Positions 48,028 to 48,884 of a stretch of 48,884 nt of DNA are shown piece by piece. The position numbers were made by a program, and so were the translations under genes. The stretch is from positions 1-48,884 of the forward strand of contig JBGAQA010000047.1 of assembly GCA_044220955.1 (NCBI GenBank), in the 5' to 3' direction. Positions within the stretch are counted from its first letter, which is position 1. Every line of letters starts with the position of its first letter. This DNA comes from Sandaracinaceae bacterium. Lineage in GTDB: Bacteria > Myxococcota_A > Polyangia > Polyangiales > Sandaracinaceae. The notes under the pieces are model-generated. The model did not search any database. It was given only the letters and a program-made list of their open reading frames with translations, and was not told the DNA's origin.

Positions 48028-48884
48028 GGGTCGTCGAAGCGGCCCGAGACGCCGAGCTGCGCGGCCGCGAGCGCGCGCTCGGCGCCCGCGAGCGGCGCGA
48101 GCACGGAGAGGTCGACGCCGATGCGGTCGCCGAGGCCGAGGCGGGCGCCGCCGGCAACGCCGACGTAGTCGAGCCCGTCGCGGTAGCCGAAGCCGGTGAC
48201 CAGCTCGACCTGGAACGAGAGCCACTCGTAGGGGATCCAGTCGAGCCCGCCGCCCACCCGGACGCCACCGCGCGGGTACGGCGGCGCGAGGTCGGAGATG
48301 CCGACAGAGCCGACGAGCGAGAGCGCGCCGTGCAGGCGCAGGTTCGGGTGCGCGTTCCACTCCGCGGTGGTGCCGACCTCGAGCGCGAGCGGCTCGCTCC
48401 GCTGGTCGAGGCCGCTCGTCGTCGGAAGAACCAGCCGCGCCCACGCGACCACGCGGCGCTCGTGCTCGTCGAAGAGGCGCAGCGATCCGCCGAGCGTGAG
48501 GTAGCCCGTGCCGAGGTAGCGACTCGAGACGGCGGAGATCAGCGACTGCCAGCGGACGGCCTCGAAGCTGCCCCAGATCTCCACGAGGTCCGAGACGTTC
48601 ACGCTGCCCGAGATGCGACCGCCGACGCGGATGTTGCCGTAGAACGCCGCCGGCTCCGCGATGAGGTATGCGTCACCGGCGAGAGAGACCTCGGTCCGGA
48701 AGCACGCGCGGCGCGGGACGCCGAGCATGCCGTCGAGCAGCGGAGCGGTGGAGGGCCCGAGCTGCCGGGAGGTGCGCGGACACGTCCCCGGAGGCAACGA
48801 GGGCGCCCTCTCGCTCTCGCTCTCGCTCTCGCTCTCGCTCTCGCTCTCGCTCTCGCTCTCGCTCTCGCTCTCGCTCTCGCTCTC
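48024..48884 (-). CDS. Probable beta-barrel/secreted protein, 5' end outside window, with (Glu-Ser)n tract
   Basis: Frame open to the window end: (ES)n-ERAPSLPPGTC..., then alternating beta-strands ending LGVSGRFDDP. Confidence 0.65.
   Translation of the reverse strand, partial: ESESESESESESESESESESESESERAPSLPPGTCPRTSRQLGPSTAPLLDGMLGVPRRACFRTEVSLAGDAYLIAEPAAFYGNIRVGGRISGSVNVSDLVEIWGSFEAVRWQSLISAVSSRYLGTGYLTLGGSLRLFDEHERRVVAWARLVLPTTSGLDQRSEPLALEVGTTAEWNAHPNLRLHGALSLVGSVGISDLAPPYPRGGVRVGGGLDWIPYEWLSFQVELVTGFGYRDGLDYVGVAGGARLGLGDRIGVDLSVLAPLAGAERALAAAQLGVSGRFDDP
48808..48884. repeat. Hexamer microsatellite (TCGCTC)12+ running to the window end
   Basis: Perfect tandem units; encodes ES repeats on the minus strand. 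Confidence 0.95.

Noticed and set aside
1..48884. Mobile elements, prophage or defence systems
   Set aside because: No transposase, integrase, phage structural, reverse transcriptase, nuclease or defence NTPase motifs recognised, and no obvious compositional island.

Overview
Very GC-rich, densely coding chromosomal segment. It most likely comes from a Myxococcota (Polyangia/Sandaracinaceae-like) genome, inferred from MYXO-CTERM tails, DUF4215-type Cys repeats, many RCC1 lipoproteins, Ser/Thr kinases and DAG/DTG linkers. About 41 genes are supported; most long ORFs in the supplied track are shadow frames. I found no rRNA, tRNA, CRISPR array or mobile element. Main modules: (1) a CarH/LitR-type MerR-B12 regulator divergent from a triple-fasciclin lipoprotein and a beta-barrel gene, separated by an AT-rich site with 11-bp-spaced TnnACA repeats; (2) a six-gene LolA-like / two permeases / ATPase / TetR / beta-barrel operon with a perfect 10-bp palindromic operator; (3) two related radical SAM genes flanking an opposite-strand cupredoxin-like lipoprotein, preceded by an SDR gene remnant; (4) a putative sigma54-driven lipoprotein plus M23-MYXO-CTERM pair; (5) a kinase(TM-PEGA) / TPR / lipoprotein triad. 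Window-wide, ten genes have TAnnnT 6-7 nt before the start codon, suggesting leaderless transcription, and two genes look like pseudoenzymes (a kinase and an SDR). All assignments come from motif reading only; no database searches were run.
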